Below are positions 59,388-64,000 of a DNA stretch of 64,000 nt, piece after piece (position 1 is the first letter of the stretch; each line of letters opens with the position of its first letter). Below the pieces are notes generated by a model. It ran no database searches. It was not told the DNA's origin and was given only the letters and a program-made list of their open reading frames with translations. The position numbers and the translations under genes are program-made. This DNA is from Balanoglossus misakiensis (taxonomy: Eukaryota; Animalia; Hemichordata), in assembly GCA_040954595.2 (NCBI GenBank), contig CM082590.2:4526001-4590000 (forward strand), in the 5' to 3' direction.

Positions 59388-62300
59388 GATAAATAAGGAA
59401 GTACACTACAAAGTAAAATAATGACAAGAGTTGGGTCAAAGTTCATGATGCCATGAAAGTGTGGCATATCCACTTCAATACTGTGGTGACGTCACAGCAG
59501 AATTCCTAGTTTTCTGTTTAAATCACTAAACTAGTTGGCACATTAAACAACAATTTGAATATTTATGTTTTATAACAGTACGAGCAGTGGAATGAAGTGG
59601 ACTATAATTCCCACTTCACAAGCTTCAGTACAGGACATAGTCTCGCTTTGCAGACTCTTCTCGCTTCGCTAGTTCGCCACCGGCGGTGTGAGAACGCGAG
59701 AAGCGAAGCCAAAAGTGTCTGGGGAGAACACAGTCGCATGAGGATTGTATTGTGTTGACACAACGATCACCTATGACACTTTTCTGTGTCATAGGCGATC
59801 GCCGTGCTATACAATTCAACCCCCATGCGACTGTGGGGGAGAATCACTGCATTCCATTGTGGTGACGTACACACAAGACAGGCAGTGAATTCAACTATTA
59901 CAAAGAACCCTTGACCTAGTTGACATTCAGTCAATGCGTGTTGTGCCAGACAGTATGTGACTGACTGACATGCACCGTCGAAGTTGACAGCCCAGTGCAG
60001 TATAAGATATCGTATACATGTACTGTGCTGTCAACTACAGCAGTGCCTGTAATCATGTGATTGTGAGTGAATATCATTGCACGTCTACGACTACATTGAC
60101 TATCAAGGATTTTGTTTCGTTTGTCACTTGTGGGTGATTTCCTGTTAGTGTTGAGAAATTTAGTACTTCCCGTCGTTTCAAATTAATGTAGCATTATAGC
60201 CAAATACCACATTCTTGCCAAATGTGTCTTTAAATTTGGAATTGTTGCATGAGAGATTGAAATTCAGAGTATATTATATAAAAAAAAGAACCCACTCTCA
60301 TACAATCAATTTTAAGTGGTCAATGACCTTTAATGTTCTGTACATTAAAATAAAAGATATACTAGTAAAATCTTTCTAAAATATAATTCAAGTGACCATC
60401 CAAAATAATCTATAAACTCAAAAATCTCTGGAAGATTGAAGCTGAAGTAAGTGCTTGCAATTAATGATTTATCTCAAACTTATATTTTTAATCATTTCAT
60501 CACCATGGTGGTTTAACTTAAATTAATTGTCTTCTAAAGTAAAATAGGACCTCTATTGCAGGAAATGGGGTTAAAAGAATTAAGGTAGTCTTGTACCTTG
60601 GAAAATAAAATCTTAAATTTAGACCAACAATTTTGGGTCATGGTGCAAATTTTAAATGAGAGAACAAGGCTATAACCCAAATTTGCAATTCATAGTGGCC
60701 ACAAATGTCAGTGTAAGCTCTATGGAGAAAGGGTAAAGACCTTGCTTGATTTATTGATATAGCTGTTTAGATAATGTTACCATAGGAAAACTATAGCTTG
60801 AGGTGAGCAACAATGCTGACTGAAAACGTAGGATGGGAACACTTTTTTCACTCTTCATGCTTAAATTCAAAATATACAAGAAATATGTGGTTTGACGGGT
60901 CCCATACAAATTGTAGAGCGGAATATAACGTAAGGGTACCTGGAGGAACGATAAACACATCAACAGTTTTCAAGATTAGAAATTCCGGTACTCATAGCTA
61001 TTATCACTTGTTGATGTGGTCAGTGGGGGAAACATTGTAAATTATGTATTTTGATGGTTTGCTGTAACCCAGGTTACAACAATTATTAATCAGCGGTCAG
61101 AATCTTTCAGCACAAAAATCTCTGGAAAAGAAGTTTGCTACCAGGGTGGAAAGAAATTAAAAGTTCCACCCTTAACTATAAAATTCCGCACAATGGGGGA
61201 ATTGAAGAGGCTTATCAATCTAGAATTTGTAAAGTGGGACATATTTGAAGCCCCATGAGCTGCCAAATTCCACATTATTTCTTACAATAAAATAAAAATA
61301 AATCTTCTCCCTATATCCCCATTACAATTTGCACCATCAAGGCACACTACTTGCATAACACAATAGTTGTGTACTCTTTGTATGGAGGCAGATTAAACAG
61401 GCATGGCAACCATTTAATATATCAGTTGTTCAAATTGCAACATCCATCCACAAATTGGCGTTGACAAGATGTTCATTTATACCTAACAGTTTAAGCTCAT
61501 TTAGATGGACTAACTTAAGTTGGAAAGTAAAATCCTGAAAATAATTCAAAAAGTGGCAGCTCTTGAGGATTTAAAGAAGGGCAATTGACACGTGACCCAC
61601 AACACATGCACCGATAAGAACAGCAGTATAAGACAAACAATTTTAGGCAAACATTGACCAGCTGTCATAAAACTATCGGTCAATTTTATTGCTCTTTTCA
61701 ACATAGAATGGCCTTCACCTGCATCTGATTACATGTTGGAGTCAGTGAGACTCCATGTGTGCCAGTTTCTAGTGTGTAATTGTTATCAGCACCGCTCAAC
61801 TGCATTCATACTTTTTAATTGAAACTTTAACTTTGACTATTGTTCCTATAAGCCAACATCGATTGAACTGTTGGTCATATTAGCGCGTTCACACTCACTC
61901 ATGTACTATGTAAAGAAGTGTAAATGACATCCTTCCCACACAAGAAATAAGTTTGGCCTTCCATTCATGAGGTTTCTGTGACTATTCTTTAGGTATTGTT
62001 GTTTTTGGTATTTTTTTGATAATCCGATGGTTTGCTTTGAAGTTTATTGACATGCTGTCTGTTCAGCTTGTTATGTACAGTTACGTATCAAAAGCAATTT
62101 ACTTTGGGTCGTAAATATTAAATACTGTTTGTTCTATTGGCTTTACGCGTATAGTCTTTGACGGAAACCACTCAACACCCTTAATATATAGCACAGGGTG
62201 TTTGTTTAGTCGGCAGAAAAACACTCCACCACAATCAAGTAGCTACAAACATTTTCAACCAGATCGCGATAAAGTCAGGAATTATCGTGAGCTACAGCTG

Positions 62301-63039
62301 TTTTGCAAAATATTGTCGCAACCATGGCCCCTTTAGAGCAACAGTTTCTGAGTTGCCAAAAGAGGCCGTGGTTTATTTCGCATGTTTTTAATTATACTAG
62401 TTTAGTATCTAGCCGTATTTTGTCCGCTTTGCTTTCGAATTTATGTCTAGAGTCATGCATGCTACTACATGCCACTGGCCCAATAAAACCTGGGAATTGT
62501 GATGTAACTAGCGTCCCTCTGAAGTCAATCCCAGACGGTTTTTCCTAGGATTGGACAAATGATATACATGTGTGTAATTAAGGATGGGTAAAATTTCAAA
62601 TTAGCCCCACCATCACTATAATCTAACACCCAATCACCAGTGTTCAGTTTATGTGATTAACTACAAGGGGGTGCTAGTTCCATCACAACTCCTAGACTAT
62701 TCGAGCGCTGACGAAATGGAACCAATCAGAACGTGCGTCTCATAAATGTATCTAAATGCAAATTTTAACCGTTACTTTGCCTTGCCGATTGGTATTATTT
62801 TTTCTACCGCAGATCGCTGTCCTGCGTGAGTGTTGCGTGATTGATGGTGATTGGCTGCTCTGTTTCGGCCTTGGTGTAAATCACAGTCGAGGAGTGACCG
62901 TGTGTAAATCCTTTTGCTCGTGTCCGCTTATTATCCGGAGACTTCAGTGGAATCGCTCAGGTCTGACTGTCAAATGGACCCCTCTCGAATAAGTATACAG
63001 TCAATCATGACATATTCAGTAGCATAATCACAAATGGTG

Positions 63040-63597
63040 CATAATCACTTTTTCTGAATGAGTCCTCAGCTTAAGAAATATATGTCGAAAATGCAAATTG
63101 CCGTTTTTCTCAGTTTTCATTTTTGCTGCTTTTGACAACTTCAGAAGAATTTAGCTTCGCTCTGCGTTGGCCGAATTTGCTCAAATTTTAACAGGGGATT
63201 GTGTATGACCCATCTAACAATACGAAATATATTTAGTCGATAAAGCGTCAATGGCGGGAATAAACTCTGATTCAATACAACTCAACGTGAATTTGATCAA
63301 ATTTCCTAAAAATCTAACTTTCAAACGCTGTTACTCCTCATGGAAGCAGATAACGCAAAACTGAATTTTCGTTTTTTAACGTTTTGAATGACATATTCAG
63401 ATGCATGATGCATGATCAACTTTTTACCTAATTTCAATTGAATGACATAATATCAAAACATGCTTGTTTTAACCCCAAAAGGCCACCATTTTCGAGGGTC
63501 ATTAAAATGTGAAACTCAAACAAAAGTTCAAAAACTAAGCTTCTAGAATATGTATGGTTTATAGGGGTTTTAAAGTTGTCTTTGATGAGAAATAGGC
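63040..63597. mobile_element. Truncated second copy of the Kolobok-like element
   Basis: Aligns with 28020-28580; the TIRs are missing. Confidence 0.75.
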
Positions 63598-64000
63598 GCC
63601 AAAGATTACAAAATAAACATCACCATAAAAGTGTGGCATACAGAATCTATCCCAGTACTATGCTGACGTCATTCTAAAATGCATGCTTGTTTTAAACCAC
63701 CAAAATTATCTTGTTGTTTTTGATAGTGCGGGATTTGGAAGGATACTGGCTTTGCTCAGAACAAATCGTTATCATACAACGCCTGTATTTACTAATGTGT
63801 TAGTATTCTAACTGAATATGAGCCAGTATTTTCACTAGTTAAAACATACAAACGGGTTTTAACTGTTTGGCCGGAACTATTTTTGAGGAGTAACGTGCTT
63901 TATCATCACACTATGTTGTATGATATCGAACTCAGATGCAACTTTGTTTTTTTACAGATATAATATAAGGCCGCATTATTTCACAAAGACTCGAAACTCG

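Larger units (their letters stand above)
54815..59640. repeat. Segmental duplicate of the 5' part of gene A (part of intron 2, exon 2, intron 1, exon 1, promoter)
   Basis: Colinear with 13012-14205 / 20135-21633 and 25295-28740, apart from transposon insertions. Confidence 0.9.

Overview
AT-rich, intron-containing eukaryotic DNA. The repeat families and gene types point to a marine invertebrate; the species cannot be determined from the sequence. The window holds two minus-strand ROCO (Roc-COR GTPase) genes, most of whose exons the ORF track misses. Gene A (27610->2943) has 13 hand-assembled GT-AG coding exons and encodes about 911 aa: ankyrin repeats-Roc-COR-death domain, i.e. DAPK-like with no kinase. 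Each ankyrin repeat sits on its own 99-nt phase-0 exon. A recent tandem duplication (units ~4.9 and ~7 kb) doubled a two-exon ankyrin cassette. Its introns remain about 96-100% identical in the stretches compared, while the exons differ at 15-19% of bases, mostly non-synonymously. Gene B (59236->47939) has a duplicate of gene A's promoter, exon 1, ankyrin exon 2 and downstream flank. Its body is entirely different: an ankyrin-cap mini-exon plus one 3.2-kb LRR-Roc-COR exon, and a Helentron-type element sits at the junction. The picture is a candidate innate-immune receptor locus that diversifies by ankyrin-exon duplication and by swapping gene bodies. The rest of the window is non-autonomous transposons (HINE/DINE-like, Kolobok-, Harbinger- and EnSpm-like), LINE and Penelope fragments, palindromes and degenerate repeats. 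Exon models come from splice signals and reading-frame continuity only; there is no transcript evidence.
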